Shown in pieces: positions 45,596 through 54,820 of a stretch of 64,000 bases of DNA. The DNA is from a virus. The DNA lies in the IMG/VR virus record IMGVR_UViG_3300048080_000243, one strand, 5' to 3'. The notes beneath the pieces are model-generated. The model saw only the letters and a program-made list of their open reading frames with translations, made no database searches and was not told the DNA's origin. Within the stretch, counting starts at the first letter, position 1. The number at the start of each line of letters is the position of its first letter. The translations under genes and the position numbers were made by a program.

Positions 45596-45877
45596 CTAGC
45601 TGTTCACCTGCCGCGTAATCGCGATCAGGTTCTGCGGGAACACGATCAGGTCGATGCTCTTGCTCAAAGCACCGACCGGGACCGTACCCCGGATCGTGAT
45701 TCCACCCGTGGTGGAATCCACGGCCGTCACCGTCCCGGAGAACTCCTTGATCGTCTGCAGGCTTGAAGCTGCAGCCGCTCCGGTCGCCGTCGCTGTCGCG
45801 CCGACGTTCGTGGGGAAATGGTGGGGGACCTTGAGAGTCACCGCCACCACATCATTCACGCTCAGTGGAAATGCCAT
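45596..45877 (-). CDS. small putative structural protein
   Basis: 93 aa, GGGAGG RBS. Confidence 0.65.
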   Translation of the reverse strand: MAFPLSVNDVVAVTLKVPHHFPTNVGATATATGAAAASSLQTIKEFSGTVTAVDSTTGGITIRGTVPVGALSKSIDLIVFPQNLIAITRQVNS

Positions 45878-45946
45878 TTCACATCACCTCCCTCTGCGCC
45901 CTCACCGGGCCCCTAAGGGCTCTCTTGGATCGGGCTAGCGAAGTCT

Positions 45947-46186
45947 CTATTCTCTTGGCGGTTTGAATGCGAACACTTTCTCTTTGCGCACCTTTTCAAT
46001 CATACCACTGTTGACGATGAACTCCACCTTGCCACTAAAGTTCGGCGTCAACGACTCGAAAAGGACGTCCAGATACTTGCGCAGATGATCGGGCTGCATG
46101 ATGCAGCCGCTGACGTTGAGAACAAGCGTTGCCTGTTTCTCCTGCACGATCACTTCCGGTCTCGCCGGTGCCTCTGTGTTGCTCAC
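45947..46186 (-). CDS. hypothetical protein
   Basis: 79 aa, coupled. Confidence 0.6.
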   Translation of the reverse strand: MSNTEAPARPEVIVQEKQATLVLNVSGCIMQPDHLRKYLDVLFESLTPNFSGKVEFIVNSGMIEKVRKEKVFAFKPPRE

Positions 46187-46494
46187 GCAAGCTCCTTCGC
46201 GATACGAGCCGTAACCACACGACTCTGTCGTTCATCGAGTCCGAATGGTTTCAAGATCGCCGCAATCTTGTCAAGACGTGCTATATCTAACACTATTGGC
46301 GTTGGGAGCACAACTACTTCGACCGCCCCAAGTTCCTTCTTCGCTTCCCCATACACCCGCTGCAGATCCGACGCCGACTCCAGATAAATCGCCAGCACGT
46401 TGAGCGGGCGCTTCTGAGCGCTCACCGCGATAGACGCCGCCGCCAACGCGTTCGCGATGGGGCGCTCCCGGTCACGCAAAATCCTCAGAGCCAT
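46183..46494 (-). CDS. hypothetical protein
   Basis: 103 aa, coupled. Confidence 0.6.
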   Translation of the reverse strand: MALRILRDRERPIANALAAASIAVSAQKRPLNVLAIYLESASDLQRVYGEAKKELGAVEVVVLPTPIVLDIARLDKIAAILKPFGLDERQSRVVTARIAKELA

Positions 46495-47138
46495 TAGTCC
46501 GGCGCTCCCACAAGCTGGGCCTGTTTCATTCCACCGTTGCCGTTCACCGGCAGGACCATGTCCGGTGGAGTCTCAAGCTGGTCCTCAATCTCGGTGAGAC
46601 GAGACATGAAAGCTTCGCCAACAGCTTGGCGAACTTTGAGCGGGACGGCCGGAAGCAAAACAGACGTCGCGAGCCTCACAAGCTCCTCGGCGATACGCTT
46701 GCGCTCAAAAATGACGACCGCGATTACCTGTGGCGGAAGCGGCTTCCAACCCATGATATCAGACTCTTCCTTGACCGACGACGTAATGGCGAACGCGGCC
46801 TCCGAAAACTTCTGCGGCCGAAGGGGTCCAGTAGCCACACCGGTAACCTTGTCGATCACTTCCGTGCTGATCGCGTCCTGAGCAATCTGCCGCAGACTCC
46901 GGAGCGACGTGAGGACGTTGGCCCTTCGGTCGATCCCGGCCTCAAGCATTCGCTTCTGAAGCGCTTCACGCGATTTGACGCGGTCGCCTTCCCAGTCGTA
47001 CACCTTCTTCCACTTGTTGAGAGTAACGACCGAGACTTTCAGTTCTCGGGCAATCCTCTTGAGGGGCCATCCATCGACCACCCAAAACTGGTACGCCCCG
47101 TCGTACTTCTCGCTACGCGGGCGAGACTCCGGCGTCAA
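46494..47138 (-). CDS. putative terminase small subunit (N-terminal HTH)
   Basis: YQFWVVDGWPLKRIARELKVSVVTLNKWKKVYDW HTH followed by a helical oligomerisation region. Confidence 0.55.
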   Translation of the reverse strand: MTPESRPRSEKYDGAYQFWVVDGWPLKRIARELKVSVVTLNKWKKVYDWEGDRVKSREALQKRMLEAGIDRRANVLTSLRSLRQIAQDAISTEVIDKVTGVATGPLRPQKFSEAAFAITSSVKEESDIMGWKPLPPQVIAVVIFERKRIAEELVRLATSVLLPAVPLKVRQAVGEAFMSRLTEIEDQLETPPDMVLPVNGNGGMKQAQLVGAPD

Positions 47139-47632
47139 TCCAACAACCCTTTGTGACGGAGCGCGTCCTCCAAGGCAGACATGAGTTCCTGCTCCTGCTG
47201 GGAAAGGTCCCGCGTGCGGGCCTTCTCTTGAAGCCGGTTATACTTGTCCCGCGCGACTTCGGGCGGGATCGTGTGCTCCGGTGGCTCCGCCTGCAGCGCT
47301 TCTTGGACCAGCGAACCCTCGGTCAGAAGCCCAGCATTCTTGATTTCGTCGTACTTGTCCGCCCGGACCAGCATCTTGCGGCCGTCCTGCGTGGCGACGA
47401 GCTTCCACACCCCGCCATCGTCCCACGGGTAGCTGCCGAGACGTTGGGCGTCAGCGGCTTCGAAGAGGAACTGGTCACCAGCGATGTGCATGAAGCCTTC
47501 GGGAACCGGGTCAGCCGAGACGATGGCCGTCTTGACCAAAGACGCGAGACGCTGATTGCCAGCGACCGCCGGAAGACCTTGGAGAAGATCATCCATGAAA
47601 TCTTGCGATGGCCGAAGATCCTCGCGCGGCAT
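47135..47632 (-). CDS. hypothetical head-associated protein
   Basis: First gene after a promoter; SLVKTA motif like the modular proteins. Confidence 0.7.
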   Translation of the reverse strand: MPREDLRPSQDFMDDLLQGLPAVAGNQRLASLVKTAIVSADPVPEGFMHIAGDQFLFEAADAQRLGSYPWDDGGVWKLVATQDGRKMLVRADKYDEIKNAGLLTEGSLVQEALQAEPPEHTIPPEVARDKYNRLQEKARTRDLSQQEQELMSALEDALRHKGLLD

Positions 47633-47650
47633 GTGCGTTCCTCCTAGTGG

Positions 47651-47679
47651 ATTCTACCAGACAGGGGTACGAAGCACAA
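47651..47679 (-). promoter_or_regulatory. sigma70-like promoter
   Basis: TTGTGC-17 nt-TAGAAT with TGn extension, followed by TAGGAGG RBS. Confidence 0.7.
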
Positions 47680-47680
47680 C

Positions 47681-48586
47681 CTAAGCCTGTTTCTGCCCCG
47701 GTGCGGTAAGCGTGGCAATCTCCCCGTTTGAACGCCGAACTTGGTGAAGCTCCATGTTGAAGTCGGCATCCACAATCACCAGCTCGTCGTAATCCTCGCG
47801 CCGAAGATCCGGAAACTCGAAGCTCTTCCAGTGACGTTCGTAAGCATCAGGTTCAACATAAGTCGAACCACCTTTCCGGGTCTCGTTGCGCTCCCGGTAC
47901 ACATCCACTTCAACCGACACGAAAGCAATCATGCGCCACGCTTGGTACTCTTTACCAACGGCCGACCACCGACTCCGCTTCTCTCGGCTCAAGTTGGTGC
48001 GGTCCACCATCACGTGCTTGCCGTTCTCGAAGGCTGCACGGATGCCTTCAAGCTCAACGCGGTGATACACGCGCCGAAGCTCGTTGTACGGCCCGCCGAC
48101 CATATTACTGATCTCATCCAGATTCACGCGGGCCCACGCACCGTCATCCGTCATTAGACGACGGCTGAATGTGCTTTTCCCACTGCCCGGAAACCCTACC
48201 ATCGCAATCAACTTGAGACCTTTGTGCGGGACAATACGTGCCGCAATCTCAGACCACGAACGACGACGTCGGTACGACACCGCCTCGTTGCCGATGTAGG
48301 CGAAGCGAGGAATCTTCCCTTTACTTCCGTCGTCAATGCTGTCGTACGGCAACCCGTGTTCTTCCATGAAGGCTGTCATCGTCTTGACGTGCTCTTGGAT
48401 CTCTTCCGGCGAATACAAAACCGCCGACGTCCGGGCCGAACTGATGACCACCTTCAGCCCAGACGCGCGAATACGTTCGAGCGCGTCCTTTACACCGTCT
48501 TCTGGCTGCTCAGTCTTCCCATCACGAACGGTGTCGTCAAAATCGACGGCAACCGTGTCCGATGAAGTTTCGAAGCCGTCGGCCAT
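47681..48586 (-). CDS. HAD phosphatase-like plus polynucleotide-kinase (AAA_33-like) fusion
   Basis: VAVDFDDT, ISSAR; MVGFPGSGKST, RVNLDEI, MVDRTN, RNETR. Confidence 0.8.
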   Translation of the reverse strand: MADGFETSSDTVAVDFDDTVRDGKTEQPEDGVKDALERIRASGLKVVISSARTSAVLYSPEEIQEHVKTMTAFMEEHGLPYDSIDDGSKGKIPRFAYIGNEAVSYRRRRSWSEIAARIVPHKGLKLIAMVGFPGSGKSTFSRRLMTDDGAWARVNLDEISNMVGGPYNELRRVYHRVELEGIRAAFENGKHVMVDRTNLSREKRSRWSAVGKEYQAWRMIAFVSVEVDVYRERNETRKGGSTYVEPDAYERHWKSFEFPDLRREDYDELVIVDADFNMELHQVRRSNGEIATLTAPGQKQA

Positions 48587-48592
48587 GGGTGT

Positions 48593-48620
48593 AGTGTACC
48601 ACCCGAACACGACGGCACAA
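48593..48620 (-). promoter_or_regulatory. leaderless sigma70-like promoter for the HAD-kinase gene
   Basis: TTGTGC-16 nt-TACACT-6 nt-ATG with TGn extension. Confidence 0.6.
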
Positions 48621-48626
48621 AACGTA

Positions 48627-48656
48627 TTGACACGAGTTACCTACAAGTGGTACAGT
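48627..48656 (+). promoter_or_regulatory. leaderless sigma70-like promoter for the plus-strand HNH
   Basis: TTGACA-18 nt-TACAGT-6 nt-ATG with TGn extension. Confidence 0.65.
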
Positions 48657-48662
48657 ATTCGC

Positions 48663-49238
48663 ATGTTAGGTAACCGCGAAAAGAAAAACACTTACATGCG
48701 CGCGTACAAAAGCAAACACAGGACACAAGCACGGAAAAATGGAAATTGTACGTACTGCTTTGCCCGCAAAGCCACACCGGGCAAACTCGGGTGCCGTCCA
48801 TGCCTCGACAAAGCCATCGCAAAATACAAGGCCAGATACCCCGCTAAAAAAGCAAACGGGCTGTGCGTAAGGTGTGGTCACAGGAAAACCGCACGGGGTG
48901 TCACCCTGTGCCAAAAATGTGGCACTAGGGTAAACTCGTCGAGAAACAAAAGACGCAACCAAGCAAAATTACAGGCAATAGCCAAATACGGCGGGGCATG
49001 CTCTTGCTGTGGAGAAACACACCCTGATTTTCTAAATATAGATCACTTGAAAAATAACGGGGGCCAGCACAGAAAAACCCTTGGCCGCTGGGGTCCCGCT
49101 TTCTTCGAATGGCTAAAGACTCAAAAGTACCCCAAAGGCTACGACGTAAAATGTTTCAACTGCAACATCGCCAGGTCATTCAAATACAACAAGGGCGTGT
49201 GCCCTCACAAGCAGAAATCTACCGTTAGGACGTTTTAG
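48663..49238 (+). CDS. HNH homing endonuclease with tandem Zn-finger repeats (only plus-strand gene)
   Basis: CTYC..CRPC, CVRC..CQKC, YGGACSCCG..FLNIDHL..VKCFNCN..CPH; A-rich. Confidence 0.88.
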   Translation: MLGNREKKNTYMRAYKSKHRTQARKNGNCTYCFARKATPGKLGCRPCLDKAIAKYKARYPAKKANGLCVRCGHRKTARGVTLCQKCGTRVNSSRNKRRNQAKLQAIAKYGGACSCCGETHPDFLNIDHLKNNGGQHRKTLGRWGPAFFEWLKTQKYPKGYDVKCFNCNIARSFKYNKGVCPHKQKSTVRTF

Positions 49239-49722
49239 TCGGCCTGGACAACAGTGGAAGAGCAGACAACTGCTTCCGCCCGGCGTCGTCCTTCCAACTT
49301 TCCACATCATCAACCACGGGCCAAACCTCCCACAGCCCCAATAGGGAACCCACCAAAGATAGCACGTACGATTCCTTCCTGCTTATGTAGAGGTCAGAGT
49401 CTTTGCCTTTGGGACAGTGCGAACACACCTCTTCGGGATCATTTGAATTATAAAACACCGCCCCACAGATCAAACACCCGCTCAAGTAAACAAACGGAAA
49501 ACCGTCTTGAATCCGCGCCCGAGGCGGCTTGGATTCCAACCGTGAAAGGATGAGGTTGGACATGGTCACGAACACTTCTTTGTGTGCTTCGGCCGCCTTC
49601 ATGTTGACCTTCACCGGCTGCACGTCCGGTCGGATCGTGGCTTCGGTGTCACCCTCGGCCAACACCGCATCGATGGCCTTCCGGAAATCCGGGGTCGGCG
49701 CTTCTACGGTTGGTTCACTCAT
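49225..49722 (-). CDS. hypothetical Zn-ribbon protein
   Basis: CLICG...CSHCP. Confidence 0.65.
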   Translation of the reverse strand: MSEPTVEAPTPDFRKAIDAVLAEGDTEATIRPDVQPVKVNMKAAEAHKEVFVTMSNLILSRLESKPPRARIQDGFPFVYLSGCLICGAVFYNSNDPEEVCSHCPKGKDSDLYISRKESYVLSLVGSLLGLWEVWPVVDDVESWKDDAGRKQLSALPLLSRPTKTS

Positions 49723-50122
49723 CGCTCACCATCCCTTCTACCATGTCGCGAAGTTCGCTCACACGTTGACGCTGTGCCACAACAGCCTGCTCAATCTCCA
49801 TAAACTCGTCCCACGGGGCTCTTCCTTCCTGCCCCTCTTTCCTGTCTTCGTGCTGGTTGAGTTCTCTCTGGACCGTCCGTTCCCCGTCTTCGATTTCACG
49901 GATGGCCGCCTGCGACCGCTCGATGGCCCGTTCATGCTCAAGCCGAAACTCGCGCAGCATCTTCAATTTCGCTTCGGCCATCGCCTTGGAGGTCTTGTCG
50001 AGAGCGAACCGCTTGGCCTGCTCCCACGCTTCGGCCCGAGTGCGCTCCATCTCGCCAAGTTGCTGCGTGGCGATTTCGAGCGCCTGCTTGCGCTCTTTGA
50101 TCCGAGCGCGAGCGTTAGCCAC
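49715..50122 (-). CDS. coiled-coil protein
   Basis: GTG 50122 with GGAG RBS; E/R/A heptads. Confidence 0.6.
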   Translation of the reverse strand: MANARARIKERKQALEIATQQLGEMERTRAEAWEQAKRFALDKTSKAMAEAKLKMLREFRLEHERAIERSQAAIREIEDGERTVQRELNQHEDRKEGQEGRAPWDEFMEIEQAVVAQRQRVSELRDMVEGMVSDE

Positions 50123-50402
50123 GTCGCCGCGCTCCGACAAGCGAAGCTCGATGCGAAGCGACTGCGGCGGCTCGGTCCTGTTGCCCGAAGAGTTCCCCGG
50201 TTTCGGAGTCATACGGAATCACCGATTCCCAGAAAATGTCGTCGTCAACGAACGCATCCTGCAGCATCCCTCCGTACGTGTCTTTTTCCACCAGAAACCA
50301 GATTCCTCCGTCTTGCGTAGCCGAGTGGAACACGAACTGCCGCTGCTGGTCTCCCTCCAGCGACAGGGTGAGGATAGACAGCGGTTCAGGAGGTTTCGCC
50401 AT
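50115..50402 (-). CDS. hypothetical protein
   Basis: 95 aa, fills the gap. Confidence 0.55.
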   Translation of the reverse strand: MAKPPEPLSILTLSLEGDQQRQFVFHSATQDGGIWFLVEKDTYGGMLQDAFVDDDIFWESVIPYDSETGELFGQQDRAAAVASHRASLVGARRRG

Positions 50403-50739
50403 GTTCCACGCCGGGAACAACGACATCCCTGTCGGTTTTCATTTCACCCTCCGGAACCGCACTCCCGGTGACACGAACGTTCAAGAGTGCCCTGCCAAAC
50501 ACACCGAGCGCACACGAACCGATATCGGCGCAGATACGACGACCAGTGGTCACGTCAGCATCTCGGGTCTCACCATGCTCGAAATCGCCGACAGGCCTGA
50601 GCTTCGTTTCATCCCACTCCATGCCTTCCTGGAGCCCAAACGACAGACATTTCTCCCGTACGCACGGCTTGTTCCCGAAGAGGCCACGAATGTGCGGACA
50701 GATTTTCTTGTCCAGTTCCTCTTCGGTGACGGCCTTCAT
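50386..50739 (-). CDS. hypothetical protein
   Basis: KICPHI...CVREKCL pattern. Confidence 0.65.
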   Translation of the reverse strand: MKAVTEEELDKKICPHIRGLFGNKPCVREKCLSFGLQEGMEWDETKLRPVGDFEHGETRDADVTTGRRICADIGSCALGVFGRALLNVRVTGSAVPEGEMKTDRDVVVPGVEHGETS

Positions 50740-51020
50740 GCTACCTCCCGAGTCTTAGCCAGTTCTTTCGCGTCCAGAAGCACCACGACACACTTCGTCA
50801 AGCCCGCAGCCGCTTCCGTCGGATCACCCTCTTCATTTTCGACCGCTTCGGACAGCCGATGCACGGCGTCCCAGACTTGATCCAACAAATGCTTGGTGGG
50901 AATGTGCGTATGATGGCGACTCTCAAGCACACTCCCATGTCCCGCGACCAACCGAATCTGGATGTCACGCAAGATCTTCGCCGCGTACGGCGGAACGCCT
51001 TCCCCTACGACAAGTTTCAT
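50736..51020 (-). CDS. small helical hypothetical protein
   Basis: 94 aa, coupled. Confidence 0.6.
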   Translation of the reverse strand: MKLVVGEGVPPYAAKILRDIQIRLVAGHGSVLESRHHTHIPTKHLLDQVWDAVHRLSEAVENEEGDPTEAAAGLTKCVVVLLDAKELAKTREVA

Positions 51021-51781
51021 TTCTTGCTATACAGGGGCTCGACCACCACTTCCCGCGCCACAAGCCGGGCGATGGCCTCGTCGTGAATCTTGTCCACCAC
51101 CGGCCGTTCAGCACCGGCCCAAACCAAAGCAAGAACATCTGAAGCGAGAGAGTTCTGCAAGATGGGCTGGTACGGCGACGTAACCTGATAACGGTACGTC
51201 ATCAGCTTGGAGATGGACAGGAGCAGATCGTACTCTTCTCGCACGTCACGCGGTATCAACCAGCCGCCGGTGAACCGCGTATTCCGACAACGCCGGACGA
51301 GGTCCCCGAGCTTCGCCTTCGGCCAGTCCACAAGAAGGCCCATCGCGTTCTTCTGGTTCTCCGGCAGAAGACGCAACACGTTCGTGTGAATGGTCATAGG
51401 ACCCGGTCGCGCATGAGTAAACGCCATCCTCGTCAGCGCCACCTGCGACGCCCACAAAACAGCACACGGCAAGTCCACGCGGGCCTCGACGGTCCCGAAG
51501 AGCAGTTCCACACCGGTAATGCTGATGCGAAGTTCCGCATCCGGCATACGGATGGTGACTGATTCGGCGTTGGGGTTGGCCACTTCATCCATGTTGATCA
51601 GCCCACGGATCGCGGACGTCATGGACTCCACCACGGCCGTGTTGGGAAGAGGAAGCGTAGGACACCCATCGAGAACGGACGGCAGGTTGATCGTCACGTC
51701 CTTCAGTTCGCCGCCACTATCCATGAGTTTCGAAATCAGATCCAGCCACTCTTCATCAAACCGGGTATGTCCGCTCATCAT
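51017..51781 (-). CDS. hypothetical protein, possibly a degenerate thymidylate-synthase fold
   Basis: FDEEWLDLISKLMDSG and RVDLP...RPGPMTIHTNVLRLLPEN echo ThyA N-terminal and C-terminal motifs; no catalytic PC. Confidence 0.55.
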   Translation of the reverse strand: MMSGHTRFDEEWLDLISKLMDSGGELKDVTINLPSVLDGCPTLPLPNTAVVESMTSAIRGLINMDEVANPNAESVTIRMPDAELRISITGVELLFGTVEARVDLPCAVLWASQVALTRMAFTHARPGPMTIHTNVLRLLPENQKNAMGLLVDWPKAKLGDLVRRCRNTRFTGGWLIPRDVREEYDLLLSISKLMTYRYQVTSPYQPILQNSLASDVLALVWAGAERPVVDKIHDEAIARLVAREVVVEPLYSKK

Positions 51782-52056
51782 CGACTCCCCAAGGGTGCTA
51801 CCCTCTTATTGCGTTGCGCGTACAGATTTTCCAGACACGCCACCACAACGGCCGCGCTCTGTACAAGTTCTTTGTGCCGATCCGCGTACTTGCCCTCGAT
51901 GTGCGCTCGGGCCGCCTCGCCCAGTTCCTCGGTCAGAATCACCATCCACGTACCGAAATCGTGGTCCGTCTGACCAAACTTACGGTTCTGACGACCACGC
52001 TCCGCGACAATCGCCGCCAAAATCGACGCCTGCGGACTTTTCTTGGTGCGCTTCAT
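51778..52056 (-). CDS. MazG-like nucleotide pyrophosphohydrolase
   Basis: AERGRQ..KFG..WMVILTEELGEAARA..KELVQSAAVVVACLE. Confidence 0.75.
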   Translation of the reverse strand: MKRTKKSPQASILAAIVAERGRQNRKFGQTDHDFGTWMVILTEELGEAARAHIEGKYADRHKELVQSAAVVVACLENLYAQRNKRVAPLGSR

Positions 52057-52640
52057 GCGCCCCATGCAAGTTCTCCCGTCACATGACGACGCAACCACCG
52101 GTCAGCATCATCGAACTTCATGATCACCAAAACATTATTTCGATTCCCGGCTTCCTGCAAAAACATAACCGGCGGGGCCTTCACGCGGTTGGCGTCAGTC
52201 ACGGCCTCCCTCCACCACTTGAGCACCTCGTTGCTGATCGGCAGATCGCGCGGGTAAAACTCCAGCTTCCGGCTGGCTTTCACCCACTGATCCAACACTG
52301 GCAACAAATCCATCGCATCGCGCTTTCCCAGCGCTCGACTGATCTCAGGGCAATGCAGCACCATCACCGTAGGAAACAATTCGGCGATGCAGAGTTCCCC
52401 ATCCTTCGCAGTCTTCACCGACATGAGCACGCCATTCCCGTCCCACTCGCACCGCTCGAAAAACTGTTCGAAGATCGGGTGACGCTGGCGGTACTTGACT
52501 TCAATCAAGAAGTCCGACGTCGGGACATCACCCGGATAAAGACCCGCGCCCACTCCGGAACCGGGATTACGAAGATGATCCTTGTTGTGACTGTACCATT
52601 GACCAACAAGCGCCTCGCTAGCTTTCCAAGTCTTAGCCAC
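52053..52640 (-). CDS. PD-(D/E)xK Holliday junction resolvase-like nuclease
   Basis: WKASE, RNPGSG, PGDV, FLIEVKYR. Confidence 0.7.
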   Translation of the reverse strand: MAKTWKASEALVGQWYSHNKDHLRNPGSGVGAGLYPGDVPTSDFLIEVKYRQRHPIFEQFFERCEWDGNGVLMSVKTAKDGELCIAELFPTVMVLHCPEISRALGKRDAMDLLPVLDQWVKASRKLEFYPRDLPISNEVLKWWREAVTDANRVKAPPVMFLQEAGNRNNVLVIMKFDDADRWLRRHVTGELAWGA

Positions 52641-52839
52641 GAATGTCCTTCTGTTCAGCAACCCACGCAGGGACCATCAACGTTCCGCTATCTCCTTCCG
52701 CCTTCACTTCACTGTCTTCGCACAGTTGCGATTTTGGAATCCACACCGACACGCCTTCGACCTTGCACAGAAGAGCCTTATCGGTTTCTTTCGTGACTTC
52801 GACGTTCTCGATCTCAACCATGTCGCCCCGGCACGACAT
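52633..52839 (-). CDS. small conserved phage protein
   Basis: ETDKALL...WIPKSQ pattern. Confidence 0.7.
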   Translation of the reverse strand: MSCRGDMVEIENVEVTKETDKALLCKVEGVSVWIPKSQLCEDSEVKAEGDSGTLMVPAWVAEQKDIRG

Positions 52840-52840
52840 C

Positions 52841-54820
52841 TCACCCTACCTTCACGTGGCTGACGCCGTTCTTGCTCTCGACCCACAGGGCAGCATCGTT
52901 ACCAACCATGTTCCGCAAACGCTCGTCATGAGAAATAATCAAAACACGGCCGAAGTTCTCCTCGCTGCTCTGCAACAGCTTCAATGCCCGCTGCAGCCCG
53001 TCTTGGTCGAGGTCATCGGTAATCTCGTCCACGAACAGCATCGTGGACTTCGCACGCTCGCCACGATGCAAACGGAGGATCTTGGACAAGGCCAGACGGA
53101 GCGCAAGCACCACACGGCGCTTCTCCCCACCGGAACATCCGTTGAGCGGCTGTTTCTCCTGTCCCACGATCACGCGGATGTCCAGCTTGTCCTGCACCGA
53201 CCCGCTCTTGGTCTCGACCTTCGAATCCATCTCGATGGACACCGGTTTCGAGGACAGTTCCCGCAGGTAGTTGTTGGTCTCAGCTTCCAGAATCGGGATA
53301 GCCCGGTCGAGCAGGAGCGACCGGAGTCCGTGTTGGCCGAACGCCTCGGAAAGCGTAGCCCACACCAGCGCATCGCGTTCCTTCTCGACAAGCTCCGTCT
53401 TGGCGACTTCCAGTTCGGATTCAAGCTTGGCCCGCATCTCACGCTGCGCCTCGACCCGACCGATGGCCGTTTCGATACCGGAAATGTCACGATTCAATAC
53501 ATTGATCTTCACGTCTAAGTCGGCCTGCTCATTGAGACTGGCCTCAATGCCATCCAGTTTTTGTGCAAGGGCCTTTTGAGATACGAGCAGTTCTTTCAAT
53601 GTCTCCCCCGCCACACGAGCGCGTTCCTTCACCGCCTCTTCATCTACGCGGGCACGTTCTTTTGTCTCCAAATAGCTCTTGTATCTGGCAACCCGCGTGT
53701 TTTGGTTCCTGTCGTACTCCGCGTCACTGATTTCTTGATTCATCTTTTGCAAATCGGCCGTAAGACGAACCAACAACGCCTGTTTGGGTTCGCCTTTCAA
53801 CACCGACAAGCAAAACGGACACTGATCCACCGCTTCAACCTCTTTGATCCGCTCCTGTATCTCACTGGCCTGTCGCTGGCACGCCTGTTTGGTCGCACTG
53901 CTACCCTTAGCGTTAGCGTAGGCCGTCGCAGCGTCGGCTACGGTACTTGCGCACGCGACATCCGCATCGTCCAGCTCAACTTCTTCCAACACCCCAACGC
54001 TTGCAACAACAGCTTTCGCGGACGTCAACGCACTAGACGCTTGAACCACTTTTCGATCCATGGCGGACTTTTCTTGAGCCAGTTCCACCCCACGTTTCGA
54101 CAACGTAGGGTCGAGCTTGGTCATCAATTTCGCGCGTTGCGCCTTTATCGTATCCGCTTCCGACTTCAGCGCATCGAGGTCAACCTTGTTCTCAACTTCG
54201 ATCCCAGCAAGTTGAGTCTCGGTCGCCCGCACTTTGGCCTTCGCCGCGTCCAACGTCCTCGACGCCACAAGCGCCGCGTCGGACGCTTTCTTCTTGGCGA
54301 CTTCAAGCACACCCGCCCCAAGCAGGCGACACACGAACTCTTTCCGGCCCTTGTCGGTCGCCGACAAGAACTCCGAACCCTCAGCCTGCCCGAACAAGTA
54401 CGTGTTGCGGAAAAGCGAAAAGTCCATCCCGAGCACCTGATTGAGACGCTGCTGCTTCTCGGCGATGGAACCACCCCAGACCTTATCGTACTTGACCACA
54501 AACTCGCTGGACCCCGAGTCCCCGGCCTTCTTGGTGCGAGTGACTTCGTAAAACGCTCCCTCCAAGCTGACGATCATGTGAACGGAGCACGACGGCTGGC
54601 CGTGCCGGATCAAGTCCGACGCGCTGATCTCCCGGATCGTCTCGCCGAACAAACACCACGAAACGGCCTCAAAGATCGTAGACTTACCCGCGCCGTTGCT
54701 GTCGTGCGGCCGGTCATTGTTGGAACCGAGGATCAACGTCAACGGTGGCAGTTGGCTAAACGACACAGACGTGTCCTGGTGACTCATAAAGTCGCGAATG
54801 TCAAGCCGGAGGATGTCCAT
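52841..54820 (-). CDS. sbcC: Rad50/SbcC (T4 gp46-like) ATPase
   Basis: DFMSH, NGAGKST, GQ Q-loop, coiled coil with CPFC hook, CSGGE signature, LFVDE, IISH. Confidence 0.92.
   Translation of the reverse strand: MDILRLDIRDFMSHQDTSVSFSQLPPLTLILGSNNDRPHDSNGAGKSTIFEAVSWCLFGETIREISASDLIRHGQPSCSVHMIVSLEGAFYEVTRTKKAGDSGSSEFVVKYDKVWGGSIAEKQQRLNQVLGMDFSLFRNTYLFGQAEGSEFLSATDKGRKEFVCRLLGAGVLEVAKKKASDAALVASRTLDAAKAKVRATETQLAGIEVENKVDLDALKSEADTIKAQRAKLMTKLDPTLSKRGVELAQEKSAMDRKVVQASSALTSAKAVVASVGVLEEVELDDADVACASTVADAATAYANAKGSSATKQACQRQASEIQERIKEVEAVDQCPFCLSVLKGEPKQALLVRLTADLQKMNQEISDAEYDRNQNTRVARYKSYLETKERARVDEEAVKERARVAGETLKELLVSQKALAQKLDGIEASLNEQADLDVKINVLNRDISGIETAIGRVEAQREMRAKLESELEVAKTELVEKERDALVWATLSEAFGQHGLRSLLLDRAIPILEAETNNYLRELSSKPVSIEMDSKVETKSGSVQDKLDIRVIVGQEKQPLNGCSGGEKRRVVLALRLALSKILRLHRGERAKSTMLFVDEITDDLDQDGLQRALKLLQSSEENFGRVLIISHDERLRNMVGNDAALWVESKNGVSHVKVG

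Noticed and set aside
50736-51020. Second MazG-like protein
   Set aside because: Helical pattern only; the acidic metal-binding motif is not convincingly present
52133-52141. CGAAATAAT near-match, plus GAAATAG/GAAATAAC variants at 63641, 19893 and 12861
   Set aside because: Imperfect sequence or wrong spacing to a start codon; most are simply Lys-stop junctions
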